Origin: Minutocellus sp. GHC0000111
Lineage: Eukaryota
NCBI GenBank assembly: GCA_977018835.1
Contig: OZ361257.1
Span: 3,658,001 to 3,722,000 of the forward strand
DNA: 64,000 nucleotides
Direction: 5' to 3'
Positions 48,369 through 59,601 of this stretch are shown here, piece after piece. The translations under genes and the position numbers were made by a program. Position 1 is the first letter of the stretch; every line of letters starts with the position of its first letter. Under the pieces are notes generated by a model. That model searched no databases, was not told the DNA's origin, and saw nothing but the letters and a program-made list of their open reading frames with translations.

Positions 48369-49532
48369 ATGTCAAATGGTGACTTGTCCACAAAGATTCG
48401 GGTCGGTATTTGTGGCCTGCCCAACGTGGGCAAGTCGAGTCTTTTCAATGCCCTTGCGAGAAGGTCGCAGGCGCAGGCGGAAAACTATCCGTTCTGTACA
48501 ATCGAGCCGAACGTTGCCCAGATTGCAATTCCGGATCAATATCTAGATCGTCTTGCTCGTCTTGCCAAGAGCAGCAAGGCGATACCGGCACACTTGGAGT
48601 TCGTCGACGTGGCTGGACTTGTGGCAGGTGCGTCGCGTGGAGAGGGATTGGGGAACAAATTTCTAGCCAACATAAGAGAGTGTCAGGCCATTGTTCATGT
48701 GCTTCGGAACTATGACGATGGACGAGTGGTGCATGTAAACAGTCAGGTAGATCCGATGAAGGATGCGGAAATTGTCAACACGGAACTCCAGCTAGCTGAT
48801 TTGGCACATATTGGAAAGAGAATGGAAAGGTCTAATTGTAAAGGTGAAGAAAGAGACGCTCTCGAATTACTACTCCCCAAGAAGAAGGAGGGCATACCAG
48901 CGCGAGCCTGTGGCCTTAGCCCTGCAGCCGCCTTCGCCATCAAGTCTCTCGGATTGCTGACATTGAAACCAGTACTATATGCATTCAATGTGAGTCGACA
49001 TGATTTTCTATTTGAGCGAGATGGTACATTGGAGAGAGCAAAGGAAATGGTCAAAGCAATCCAATTTAGTGATCCATCGCAAGATTTGTGCGCGGTTGTA
49101 AGTGCCAAGATGGAGGCTCGCCTGTCGAAGCTCAACGAGGAAGAGCGATTAGAGCACGTGCAAAAACTTGGTGTCGATCAATCGCTGATCGCAGATGTGG
49201 ACCGAAACATGTGTTACAATTCGTTGCCAAAACTCATTAGTGAGTTATTACATCTTGGACTTGTCTACACTGGCCCAGGCGTAGCTTCAAGTCGATCGTC
49301 GTCTACAAAGGCATACGTTATTCGCCGTACGGGAGCACCGACGGCGATTCAAATGGCAGGAAAGCTGCATGGGGACATACAAAAGGGCTTCATAAAGTGT
49401 GAGGTGATATCAGCCGAGAAACTTTTGGAGTATCCCATCTACGCTGCGGCCCACTTGGCGGGATGTGTATTCATTCACGGGAAAAGTTATGTCCTACAAT
49501 GCGATGACATTATCTTAATCAAATACAAGTAA
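48369..49532 (+). CDS. ychF: YchF/OLA1 family Obg-like ATPase (divergent paralog)
   Basis: GLPNVGKS, NYPFCTIEPN, DVAGLV.GAS.GEGLGNKFL, AG.LH.D..KGFI; C-terminal TGS-like domain. Confidence 0.9.
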   Translation: MSNGDLSTKIRVGICGLPNVGKSSLFNALARRSQAQAENYPFCTIEPNVAQIAIPDQYLDRLARLAKSSKAIPAHLEFVDVAGLVAGASRGEGLGNKFLANIRECQAIVHVLRNYDDGRVVHVNSQVDPMKDAEIVNTELQLADLAHIGKRMERSNCKGEERDALELLLPKKKEGIPARACGLSPAAAFAIKSLGLLTLKPVLYAFNVSRHDFLFERDGTLERAKEMVKAIQFSDPSQDLCAVVSAKMEARLSKLNEEERLEHVQKLGVDQSLIADVDRNMCYNSLPKLISELLHLGLVYTGPGVASSRSSSTKAYVIRRTGAPTAIQMAGKLHGDIQKGFIKCEVISAEKLLEYPIYAAAHLAGCVFIHGKSYVLQCDDIILIKYK

Positions 49533-49657
49533 CCCCCGTTGATTCTTTGGCTGGATGATCCTTTCTACGTAGTGAATATTTCTACCATACTCTAATACTA
49601 GCTGGCTAGCGGCATTCTTTGCTAAATTGTATTTCTACAGGCTATCTAGATCTACTA

Positions 49658-50545
49658 CTATGTACCCAGCTTCTCTTCAATTGATTTCCATAATATGGAG
49701 AAAAGGAAACCTTGCAAGCCATTTGCAAGAATCTTTGTCTCCAAGCCTCGCAATAGTAATCCGCGCAGGCCGGATTCTCTCGTTACTTTTTGCACCACCT
49801 GTGGATAAGACAGCGATAAACCAGATGTCTGTTTGTTCACCTTCACTACCCAAAATAAATTCGCAATTGTGTCTGATACAACTGACGCCACAAAGCCAAT
49901 TCCTCCTCGTCTCATCAATTCGCCATGCACTGATTCCCTCTTTTGGATGCGCTCGCACAAAAGATTGTACGTGTAAAACCATGGCATGAATCCAACAATC
50001 GAAGCGGATGCAGCCGACATACTGCCCTGAAATAACGCGGACATGCCATTCAATTGCACTCTTTCAACTAGTGGTCGTATACTGCCTTTCACTTGCATCG
50101 TTGTCATTGACGTATCAAGTGGCATTAGCACAATTCGGAAGCCCGAGGCAACAATAGTTGCACCACAGGTTTTGACGCCTACGTGCAAGTGCTCTGTCTC
50201 GGGCGAATCATTCAATAAAGTGAGTACAAAGGTATTTGATGCCGCATCACCAAAACGACATAACGGTGCCTGAATCAAGGCAAACGGAAGGCCTCGATAG
50301 AGTCGTGCTATGCCCCCTTCTTTGTACAGAACCTTGAACGCACTAACGAACGAGCCACCATTTACATATTGATACTTCATTACGCTTCGAATCCACATCA
50401 GTGGCATGACGTTACTACCCATTGCGATCGCCCCGGCAGTGCCCGATGTTGCAGCTTTCGCGGAAATGTCAAGAATGCTTTGCCTTCTCTTCAGAGTGCT
50501 ACTAGTAATGGCGGGACGAGATGCAGGTTTCTCATCTTGTGGCAT
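49658..50545 (-). CDS. Mitochondrial carrier family protein
   Basis: LMWIRSVMKYQY, LYKEGGI.RLYRG, MPLDT..T..QV, VVKV.KQT, GL.GL..RGL.TKI; three-repeat pattern. Confidence 0.85.
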   Translation of the reverse strand: MPQDEKPASRPAITSSTLKRRQSILDISAKAATSGTAGAIAMGSNVMPLMWIRSVMKYQYVNGGSFVSAFKVLYKEGGIARLYRGLPFALIQAPLCRFGDAASNTFVLTLLNDSPETEHLHVGVKTCGATIVASGFRIVLMPLDTSMTTMQVKGSIRPLVERVQLNGMSALFQGSMSAASASIVGFMPWFYTYNLLCERIQKRESVHGELMRRGGIGFVASVVSDTIANLFWVVKVNKQTSGLSLSYPQVVQKVTRESGLRGLLLRGLETKILANGLQGFLFSILWKSIEEKLGT

Positions 50546-50906
50546 CCTCTTTTCTTTGTTACTCACCGCGGCGATCGGCCTTCTTCATTGAAGTTATTTG
50601 AGAACCGAAGATTGACTGACTACTACCGACCATTGGTATTTCGCCTCAACACGATCTTGTTTCGACTTTTCGCGATCTCGCGAAGATGTTTTACTTAGCT
50701 TCGTAGCTACGTACGTAGCAAGAGATAGAGTGCTGCTGCTGAAAAGTGCGGGGCATCGGAGAAACATGATGTTGCCTCCGATACCAGTTACCAATTGGTA
50801 GATTCATATTCACGATTTGCAGATTCTACCTCCCACTTTGATAATGATCCACGTCTATCTAATATAATGCCGTATCTACCGGTGCTTAGATAAACATTTC
50901 CTCTTG

Positions 50907-53635
50907 TCAATCACCCTTTTTCGCCTCGTCATGGTTGCTGTCGTCTCCCATTGTAATTTCCGATGCATTTGTCAAGGTGCTGTTTCCCAGGTAAGCGAAC
51001 GCATCTTGTGGTCGGCTGACCTTTCCATTTGTTGAATAATCCTTACTTTGGAGCATCTTTTCCAAGGCGGCCATTTTTGTTCTCAATCTAACAATGGTGC
51101 TTTGGAGTTGTACAGGATTGAGGGTCATCACGTCTACAGTTCGATCTTCATCATGGACGCTGTCCAACAAATGCATTGAATCATCGTCATCAGGAATTAT
51201 AGAGCCGCCCTCGCTATCCCTTCTTCGGAAGACACCACGGAACCGTCTACCCTTGAGCTGTTTGGGAAGACACTGATGAATGAATACTTCATGAGATACC
51301 CCCTTAAGCTCAAGAGAGCCCACTTGGCTGATTAGACACTCGCCCTTTACTTCTTCCGATAATTTCTCAAAAATATCCGATGACATGAGCGTCTGGCCTC
51401 CGAAGCCCAATTGTTCGATTCGCGCTGCTGCATTGGTGGCAGGACCATAATAGTCGTATCCCTTGGTAACATCGTCGTATTTGATTTGCACTTGTCCACC
51501 TTCTTCAGCGCTATCAGAGTGCTCCCCAACATGAATGCCAATCCTGACCCGTAATCCACGGAACATTGGCTTGGGCTGTGTTTCGCGCGAGTAGTTCGGC
51601 AGATATTCAACACAGGCGGAGGGCATGCTCGCAAGCTCAACGGGCCACTCGGCTGCAAGAAGATCGACCTGAATATCATTGGCAAGACGAACGGCTACGT
51701 CGGCAGAAGGACAGGCTACCATAAATGCATCACCGATGGTCTTTACCTCGTATGCGTGATGCTTATCAATACATTTTCTGATGACGCTGTGGTGGATTTC
51801 AAGAGCCGCTGACATGGTTGACTTGGACGCATCCCAAAGAGCTGTGCTGCCCTCGATATCAGTAAAGACGAGAGCAACGAGCCCATCCCTTGGGGCGTTG
51901 TTGATGTCCCTTGTCTTGTACTTGATGGTGTGGTGCTGCTTCACAACCAGGGCAACGAGGCCAAAGATTAGAAGGGCGACCACCACAACAACTGGAATGA
52001 TAATCTCTAGACGAGCGCCTGCTGATGATGGCTCCGTGTAAGGAGCCAAACCTAGGGTCTCCCTGTACATAGCTCGCTGCTCGTCGAGGCCAAAGTTATC
52101 CGTAATTGCAGACCAGCTAGCAGTGATGACATCGGCCGTTTCCTTTGCAGTCTGCTCACCGCTCCACATCTTGACCAAGTGCGGCATGGTTCCCTCCTCC
52201 TGATATATATTTGCGCCCAGAATGCGCAAGTCGAGGACGTAGTTTTCGTGCAGAAAGTTAAAGTCCGTTACGCCCTTGATCTGTTCAAGCTGCCGCTCTT
52301 CCCATCCATATTGCAGAAAAGCTTGAGATGATGGTGATGTAGGATTGGACAAGGATGCTGTGTGTCTTCTTCGGAGTGGATCGAGGAACGAGCCTGGGTA
52401 TGCAACGTCCCAGAAGCCCACGGCAGGATCACTGATATAGAAGGTGAAATCTAAGGCTGCCTTTGCCTTCGCCTCGGATGATCTTGCACTAACTACATAG
52501 CTCGCGCCTCCGGAAGCCAGGAATGGAGCGTGACTGGCACCATCATCGCTTACGAAGGGACATTTGATCAAGGCATTGTCACCATCACAAGCCATACCCG
52601 GAAGCGCAGCATAGTTGAGCACCCCCGTCATATTGTTTTTCGCCTGGTTGGAAACAAGGATACGAGTCGGACCAGGATAGTTGTACCACAGGACGCATCG
52701 GCCTGCCTCAAACTCGGCCAAATTACCTTGCCAACCGAGTGGGCCCTGATCACGAAAGGGAGAGCTTGGCACGAGTTCATTGTAGACTTCCAACACACGC
52801 AGAAATTCTTCCTCCTTCCATTTGCTAATGGGGTCAAACGAGTCTGGATCAAAGAAGGTACCTTGTGCGGTTCCCTTGGTCTGGAGGAAAGAGCTGGCAA
52901 TACTCCAAAACATGGTACCGGCGATGTCATTCTCGGCAGTTGAAAAGCAGTTGGCGAAATCGGCAACACCGTCCCCATTGATGTCGGCATTTTCGGGTCG
53001 GGAGTAGTACTCAATTATTTTCAGAACATCTTCCCATGTTTTCGGAGGGTTGAGACCACGTCCCTCTACCAGGTCGGACCGATACAGCATAACGATCACA
53101 TCTCCGTCTAGCGGGACCGTCCAGACGCTTTCGCGGTAGCTGGCCACTCCCTGGCGTACACCGGGCATGATATCGAACCAATCTAGACCGACGGCATTTC
53201 CCACCTCCTCGGTAACATCCAATAGGCCACCCTCCTCCACGAAAGTAGGGATCCAGTTGCCAAAGATGGCATGAGATCGATGAAGCCAGCCCCGTTGATG
53301 TCCTCTTCGATGTCATCAAACCAAGTGGCCTGAGTCGTCAGGATGGGGTTGATCGTCACCCCGGTGAGTGCCTCGTAGTTGGCAATCTTGGTTTTCATGT
53401 AATCTGCCATCCACTCCAACACTTGGATATTGATGGAAACGCCCTGGTGGGCATTGCGCATGGATTCGCGCAGTGGGGTGGACACATTTGCAAAGGGATC
53501 CACGACGACGGTTTGTGCCTGAGCTTGAATTCGACTCGAGTAATCGGGCAGTATGAGGGTTGCAGCGCTCCAGCAGAACAGCAGCCAACGCAAGAGACCG
53601 CCGGTCCTGGGAGGGAAGTAGGAGGAGAGCAGCAT
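50907..53635 (-). CDS. Receptor-type adenylate cyclase 2: signal peptide, bacterial family-1 (sugar-type) solute-binding ectodomain, TM helix, class III cyclase; 1-nt frameshift at about 53273
   Basis: VPLDGDV..LYRSDL...L.PPKTWED and F..GRC are SBP motifs. Restoring one T gives FIDLYAIFGNWIPTFVEEGGLLD. Cyclase motifs as in paralog 1. Confidence 0.85.
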
Positions 53636-54136
53636 GCTGCCAGTATAAATCCGTCTGACGTGCAGTCTATCGAACTTCTACTAGACTAGCTACGTAGCTC
53701 TAGAGTGGATCAAGATCACCGCTACCGGACCGAACTGGTCGAAAGTGTTTCTTTCGGGGGCAGATGCTACTTATTGAACCTGCGCAATTGATCAGGCAGC
53801 GATGGGCAAGATGCGATCGCAAGCAAGGGCAATGGACAACGGTGTGGCGAGAGGGCGGCCCAATGAGTGGGCGATAATACGACAGAAGTCGGTACGAACG
53901 GCGGGCAGAAGCAGCTGGCGTTTGCGGCGGGGCAGTTTTGTGCTTTGGTATCTGGTGGTTGCGGTGCGTCCAGTCAATCGTAATCGGCGGCATATCATCT
54001 CAAGCGAACTCCACAGCAGTCGAAATTAGGACAGTCCCTCGTTATCGGCCGCCGTCGTCATCGTCAGCCGCCATGCGCTCAAGTCTCAAGTCGTCCTCAC
54101 ATCTCTGACTTGCTCTACTACAAAACATAACAACCC

Positions 54137-55231
54137 ATGGGCGGAAGATCAGCACCAGCAGCTGCCCTGCGCAGCTTAGTTGGCCGGAAATATACATCTG
54201 AAAGAAAGCTGCATGTAACAGCAAAAGGTGCAAGGTGCTGCTCCTCGAAAAGTACTAGGAACAACAACAGCGACACAAATGACGACCCAACGAAGCCGCC
54301 AGTGGTTCACGTTCACAGCGCACTGGCATCGGGATGCATGGACTACACCAGATCGTGGGCATGGCAGCAGACGCTGCTGAATCGACGTCTGGACTATCAG
54401 CGAGCGCAGAAGCAACAAGTGGACCTGTCAGAACGAGACGATGCCGATGCCAACCGAGATCGGATCCTCCTCTTTGAGCACAATCCCGTCTACACTTTGG
54501 GGAGAGGGGCTGACGAGACCCATTTAGCGTTCCTGGATTCTGACCCAGATGGAAAGGATGCTGCGGCCGAGAAACGTAAAAAGCTCAGCCGCAAGGCTCG
54601 TGGTCCTGATTCGGCACGATTGGCGGTGGATAGGTTGAACAGTATTGGTGTACCATCGCCCAACGAAGGCGACGACGTTGCCACACTCAATACTGCGGTG
54701 AATGCATTGGCAGGATGCTGTTCGCCGGTGTATGCCCCGAACAATGCCCCCATTGACCGTGTCGAGCGAGGTGGGGAGGTCACTTATCATGGTCCGGGGC
54801 AGATTGTTGGGTATCCTCTCCTGGATCTGAGAGAATTTCCCTACAAACAGGACTTGCATTGGTACTTGCGAATGGTGGAGGAGGTTGTCATTGAAACACT
54901 CAAAGCATACGACATCGAGGGTTGTCGAGATGAGGAAAATACAGGCGTATGGGTCGGAGATGACAAGGTGGCGGCCGTTGGCGTGTCGTCATCCCGTTGG
55001 ATCACCACTCACGGATTTGCAATCAACGTTTGTCCAGACCTGAAATATTTTGACACATCTATTATTATACCCTGCGGCATTGAAGGGAAGGGGGTGACAA
55101 GCATTTCTCAAATACTGCAAGAACGGGGCATTATTGAGCAAGTAAAACTGTTGGATGTTGCCAATACTGTCGTTCAGTCTTTTGAGAAAGTATTTGGGGT
55201 CGAGACCACTGAAGGAATTTCTTTGAGATAG
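54137..55231 (+). CDS. lipB: Octanoyltransferase (lipoate biosynthesis)
   Basis: EHNPVYTLGR, RGGEVTYHGPGQ.VGYP, TGVWV, KVAAVG, HGFAIN, IIPCG. Confidence 0.95.
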   Translation: MGGRSAPAAALRSLVGRKYTSERKLHVTAKGARCCSSKSTRNNNSDTNDDPTKPPVVHVHSALASGCMDYTRSWAWQQTLLNRRLDYQRAQKQQVDLSERDDADANRDRILLFEHNPVYTLGRGADETHLAFLDSDPDGKDAAAEKRKKLSRKARGPDSARLAVDRLNSIGVPSPNEGDDVATLNTAVNALAGCCSPVYAPNNAPIDRVERGGEVTYHGPGQIVGYPLLDLREFPYKQDLHWYLRMVEEVVIETLKAYDIEGCRDEENTGVWVGDDKVAAVGVSSSRWITTHGFAINVCPDLKYFDTSIIIPCGIEGKGVTSISQILQERGIIEQVKLLDVANTVVQSFEKVFGVETTEGISLR

Positions 55232-55544
55232 TAATAGAGAGTCAGCTACCGTAATTTCGGTATACATAGGCTCCTATACAGACAATATCACATCGCACAC
55301 AACACTTTGAATAGGCACACTCTCTTTTTGCGGCGCCCTTCACAATATATCCTAATAGATAGCTGACAACGCACCATGGCAAGTGTTCAATTTTCAGTTT
55401 TTGTCACAGTCAAAATTCTATTTTACGAGTAGAATAACAGCCCCCTGGCTATTGATAGTCATCTATCTGCGCATTTGAGTCTTATTGTCCCTTAGCTGCG
55501 TGCATTCTCCAGTGAATTGGTCAGAACAAAGGAGAATATTGGGA

Positions 55545-57109
55545 TCAAAACGAATCGTCGCCATCGTCGCCAGCAAGATCAATCGTCTGCTTCTCTCGTG
55601 CCTTTTTCTGATTCTTTTCACTCCGGGAATTTTCATCAGTAGATGCTGCAGTAGAGCTCGACTTTGCCTTTGTCTTTTTCATCGCATCGCGCTTCTTGCG
55701 ATATGCCTCAAAGTCATCGATACCGCCTTGACTTTCGGCGAAGATCCCTCCCGGCCCCCACATCTCCGTGGCACCACTGTATGGATTCGCTCTAGCTTGC
55801 GACTGGGAGGCGCCGAGATCATCCTCGTCGTCATCCCCGTCATCATCACTACTGTCTCGGACCGCTCGTGACGAGAGTTTCTTGGAAGGGAAGTCATCCC
55901 CGTTGTGACGAGCCGACTTCTTTGCCTTTGTTGCCTCGTCATGTCGTGTGCGCTTTGCCGATGGCTTTGTACTAGTAGCAGTGCTGGTCGTAGAAGCAAC
56001 CTTGCGGCTTGTTCCGTTCGACTTCGCGGCCGCCGAAGGCTTTTTCTTGGCAGGCCCTGCCGCCATCATCTCGACCATATCAGCATCCCACATCAACTCC
56101 TCTTGCTCATTGTGGTTTTTAGCAGCCGACGGTTCCTCGGGAGCCAAAGCATTTTGAACCAAGGGCTCGACTCTCACCGTCTTCTTCTTCTTCTCGTCGG
56201 AAAGCTCCTTCTTGGCATCTCTCAGGTCAGACTTGACACGATTGTAAAGCACCAGGAAACGTTCTGTCAATCCGTCCTTCTCCTTCTGCCACTTGTTATC
56301 CAGTTTGGACGCCGTGTCCTTCCACCCCGTCATGTCGGCCTTGGCCTTGGAAAGGTCGGCCCGTAGCTCAGCAATATCCTTGTTGGCATCGCGAAGAGAG
56401 GTGGTTAGGAATGAAGCGAACAGATACGCATTGTTGCCATTGTTACCGGCCGCCGAGCCACTCTCGAGGAAATCACTCCAAACCACCTTGACGATGCCAC
56501 TATTCAGACGTTCCCTGACGGTCATCTTTATCTTTGGAGGTTTAGCAGCGTCGCCAATACATGTATCAATCAGACCAAAAGATATGGTAATGCTGGAATT
56601 GTTTTCATCGAGGAGTAGCAAAGGTAGGCTCTCCGTGTTCTCGCTAGTGCTTTTGAGATCTCCCCTTTTGATGCTGCGTTGATGAAAGAATGTGTTTGGT
56701 GAAGATATTGACCATTGAGCGGTGCGTTACATTGTACAAACCAATGCCTCGAGCACATCCAGTGCAAACGATGGTGATGACCACTGTCTGAGATACCGCA
56801 AAATAATGCTCATTTAATTCAATTCATTCACTGAGAGAGCTTCACTCACCGACCACAGTAGGTCCTGGAACCATCCGTGAACATTAGCATCAAGGCAGAA
56901 GGCGATGCCTTGGCGTCATCGCCACCACGTCCATTGCTGGCCGACTCCTCCTTGGACTTGAAGCACGCAAGGATGGATGGCGTTGATTTGCCTTTCTCGG
57001 AAGTTTGGAGCGTGACTTCTCTCGTGCCGACGCAGATGAACGTCGAGGGAGAAGGCAACGTACCGTCGCCATCCGATCCGAGATCGAGGTCGCTATCCGA
57101 GTCACCCAT
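55545..57109 (-). CDS. XRCC4-like NHEJ protein; intron 56674-56849
   Basis: Beta-rich head (LMFTDGSRTYCG|RIKRGDL); coiled coil with EKDGLTERFLVLYNRVKSDLR resembling XRCC4 LY.RF..VLN.KK..IR; disordered tail. Confidence 0.6.
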
Positions 57110-57266
57110 TGCGCTGCTACTGCTGCGGTACGCCCGCCGGAGTAGAGTGGTGAATTCGAGAATGGGATCAATGATGACTGGTCCCGCGCGAGGCTCTCGC
57201 TGCCTGCTGATGGCGCGGAAACCGCCACAAATAAACGCGAGGAGGCGTTGAGCTAACGACCACCGA

Positions 57267-58147
57267 ATGTGACCCATGATGACGGCCCAGCACCTCCTCA
57301 AAATCGCCACCATCATCATCGCCCTATTGGTCTGAGTGGCAGCAACGCCCCTCCCAAGGCCTATGGTCGAATTTCTCCTGACGAGTACATTCTGACGCCA
57401 GAGCAAATTGAGTGCTTCCATCGAGATGGGTGCACAACGCTTGATGATGTTCTCACGGAGGACGAGGTTGCGGATATTGAGCATACATTCAACCGGTTCT
57501 TGAATCGAGAAATTGATGTGCCGTGAAAAGACTTTTGTGACATGTCGCAGCCCTTTGGCATTCCTTTTGAGCAGTGGCGCATCGTGAACATCATGCTGCC
57601 AACTACATATCTACCTTCTTTTCGGGACAAAGTTCGACCAGGCAAGAAAGATGCGGTGTTCGCTTGGCATCAGGATATGGGATATTGGCCAGGACCAAAA
57701 GCACTGGGTGTGGATGAAACTTCAACCTGTACCTTCTCTCTGGCTGTTGATGACTCCACGGAAGAGAACGGTTGTCTCCGTTATGTTCCAGGATCACAGA
57801 AAGATAAGAGGTTGAGACCTCACGTTCCGCTTGGCAAATCGCGAGATGATGCTCACGCTCTAACGATTGAGGTGGATGAGTCAAAGGGAGATAAGATTGT
57901 GTTGGCCCCAGCAAGACGTGGATCTGTGACCATTCATGACGAGTTCGTCGTTCATGGGAGCAGTGGCAACAGAGCCAAGGATAGACAACGTCGGACATAT
58001 GTTATTGCCTATCGTCCTCGGAAGGTTGTGGAAGTCGAGCGAAAAATCGGCTTTACCCACTCGCATAACGACGAGGTGAATTGGGACACTTTTCAGGATG
58101 GAGAGTCGCATCGAAACAAGGCAGATGACGATGAGACTAGCTCATAG
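57267..58147 (+). pseudogene. Phytanoyl-CoA dioxygenase (PhyH) family 2OG-Fe(II) oxygenase with lesions
   Basis: F.RDG, WHQD, ENGCL.YVPGS, H..VVHGS.GN..RR motifs; in-frame TGA at 57524-26; no in-frame ATG (ATG at 57267 is out of frame); probable internal deletion near 57630. Confidence 0.75.
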
Positions 58148-58246
58148 CTCGTACATTCTATTCTATTCTATTCTATTAGACTACCAAAGTTTATACGGGC
58201 ATGGGAAAGAAGACGAGTCTGGCTTATCTTCTCATAGCTCGTACAT
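58141..58246 (-). mobile_element. Tiny 5'-truncated non-LTR insertion (74 bp) with a 16-bp TSD and a (TAGAA)n tail
   Basis: CTCATAGCTCGTACAT occurs at 58141-58156 and 58231-58246; (TTCTA)4 lies directly inside the left copy. Confidence 0.6.
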
Positions 58247-58266
58247 GTAGTGTTCAAAACTTTGGC

Positions 58267-59379
58267 CTACATATCTGTTGATAAGTTAGAAGTAATGACT
58301 TGCATATGCTCCGGCGTAATGCCACAGCAACCACCAATCAGTTGCACTCCCAATTCGTTTACCCAAACTTTTACAAAATCATTGAAATATACTTTTGGTG
58401 ATAGGTCATCTCTCATAGCCTGCGCTTCTTGAGAATCCTCCAAAGACCATTGATCGGGAACTGGTGTAAGGCGGTTGGCATACGCTCCGAGTAATAAATG
58501 TCTTTCTTCAATCAGACTTTGCAGGCTAGTATTGGAACGAACATCTTCAAACGCCTTGGTCACTGCTTCCGGCTTGGCGCAATTCACAAGGACCCCAACC
58601 AAATCGACGTGTGATTTGTCTGCTAATTGAAGAACTTTTGGGATTGCCTCCACCAAGCTTTCGCCGCTGCGGATCTTTCCCTTGCCATTGAGAGTGAATG
58701 AAACCATCATCGGCAGTTTCGTTTTCTCTGGAAGACCCCCAGCTGCCTCAATGGCCTGACTTGCCTCTTCAATTGAACTCATTGTTTCTGCCAAGAAGCA
58801 ATCAACATGTGGAGCGAGCGCTGCTGTCATAACCTGATAATCTTCCACACCGCGCTTGTGTTCAGAAACTAAATCTGGACGGTAACTTTCGACAAGTGGA
58901 CCCAAAGAACCAAGAACAACAGTTGTTCCATCGCCTTCTTGGGTGCTTTCCCGTGCCAATCTTCCAGCCATATCAACATACTTTGTCATTTCGTCACGGG
59001 AAAATCCTACGCCAGGCGTGATACCATATGAGTTTGTTGTTATTGCATTTGATCCTGAGTCGATGAAAGATCGGTGTACATTCTTCAGTGTCTGATGGTA
59101 TCTCTCGTTGACAACGGCCGTTGCGCTCCAGATTTTTCTATCATCGGGCACCCCTTGGCGAAACAATTCCTCTCCGGTCCCCCCATCGAGAAATAGCAAT
59201 TCCCTCTTGTTCGATCGGAGCCTTTCGAGATGAGAGGACAGGGCAGATGACATCTTGTCGGAGGAGCAGGATTCAGAAGCAGTACTAGAAAATGCGTGAG
59301 CGCAAAGGAAGGAATTCCATCTGCCGGTGGTGCCAGCGAAACGAGATGATGCAAACGCAAATGTAGTTAGAAGTCGCAT
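58267..59379 (-). CDS. Homocysteine S-methyltransferase family protein
   Basis: FLDGGTGEEL, TTNSY, GSLGP, LAETMS, VNC, YAN, IGGCCG.TPEH; N-terminus resembles an organellar targeting peptide. Confidence 0.9.
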   Translation of the reverse strand: MRLLTTFAFASSRFAGTTGRWNSFLCAHAFSSTASESCSSDKMSSALSSHLERLRSNKRELLFLDGGTGEELFRQGVPDDRKIWSATAVVNERYHQTLKNVHRSFIDSGSNAITTNSYGITPGVGFSRDEMTKYVDMAGRLARESTQEGDGTTVVLGSLGPLVESYRPDLVSEHKRGVEDYQVMTAALAPHVDCFLAETMSSIEEASQAIEAAGGLPEKTKLPMMVSFTLNGKGKIRSGESLVEAIPKVLQLADKSHVDLVGVLVNCAKPEAVTKAFEDVRSNTSLQSLIEERHLLLGAYANRLTPVPDQWSLEDSQEAQAMRDDLSPKVYFNDFVKVWVNELGVQLIGGCCGITPEHMQVITSNLSTDM

Positions 59380-59601
59380 TGAGTCGCAAGACAGTTCGAG
59401 GATGCGACTACCATTGGTAGCTACGTACCTAGGTACATTGCTTGTGACTGGAGGTTCCAGATTTTTGTGGCGGGCTCTGAAAGATTTTTCCACTCCTGAG
59501 ATCCCAGTATGTATATTGTTATCGAAGAGTGGAAAAAAGGAGTCAAAGGAGAGCATCTCCAAGTCCTAATTTACTGGTGAATCTGTAGATCTACTTGTAG
59601 C

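Noticed and set aside
29987..58147. Alternative genetic code (stop-codon reassignment)
   Set aside because: TAA, TAG and TGA all terminate well-conserved genes here, and most long genes have no internal stops
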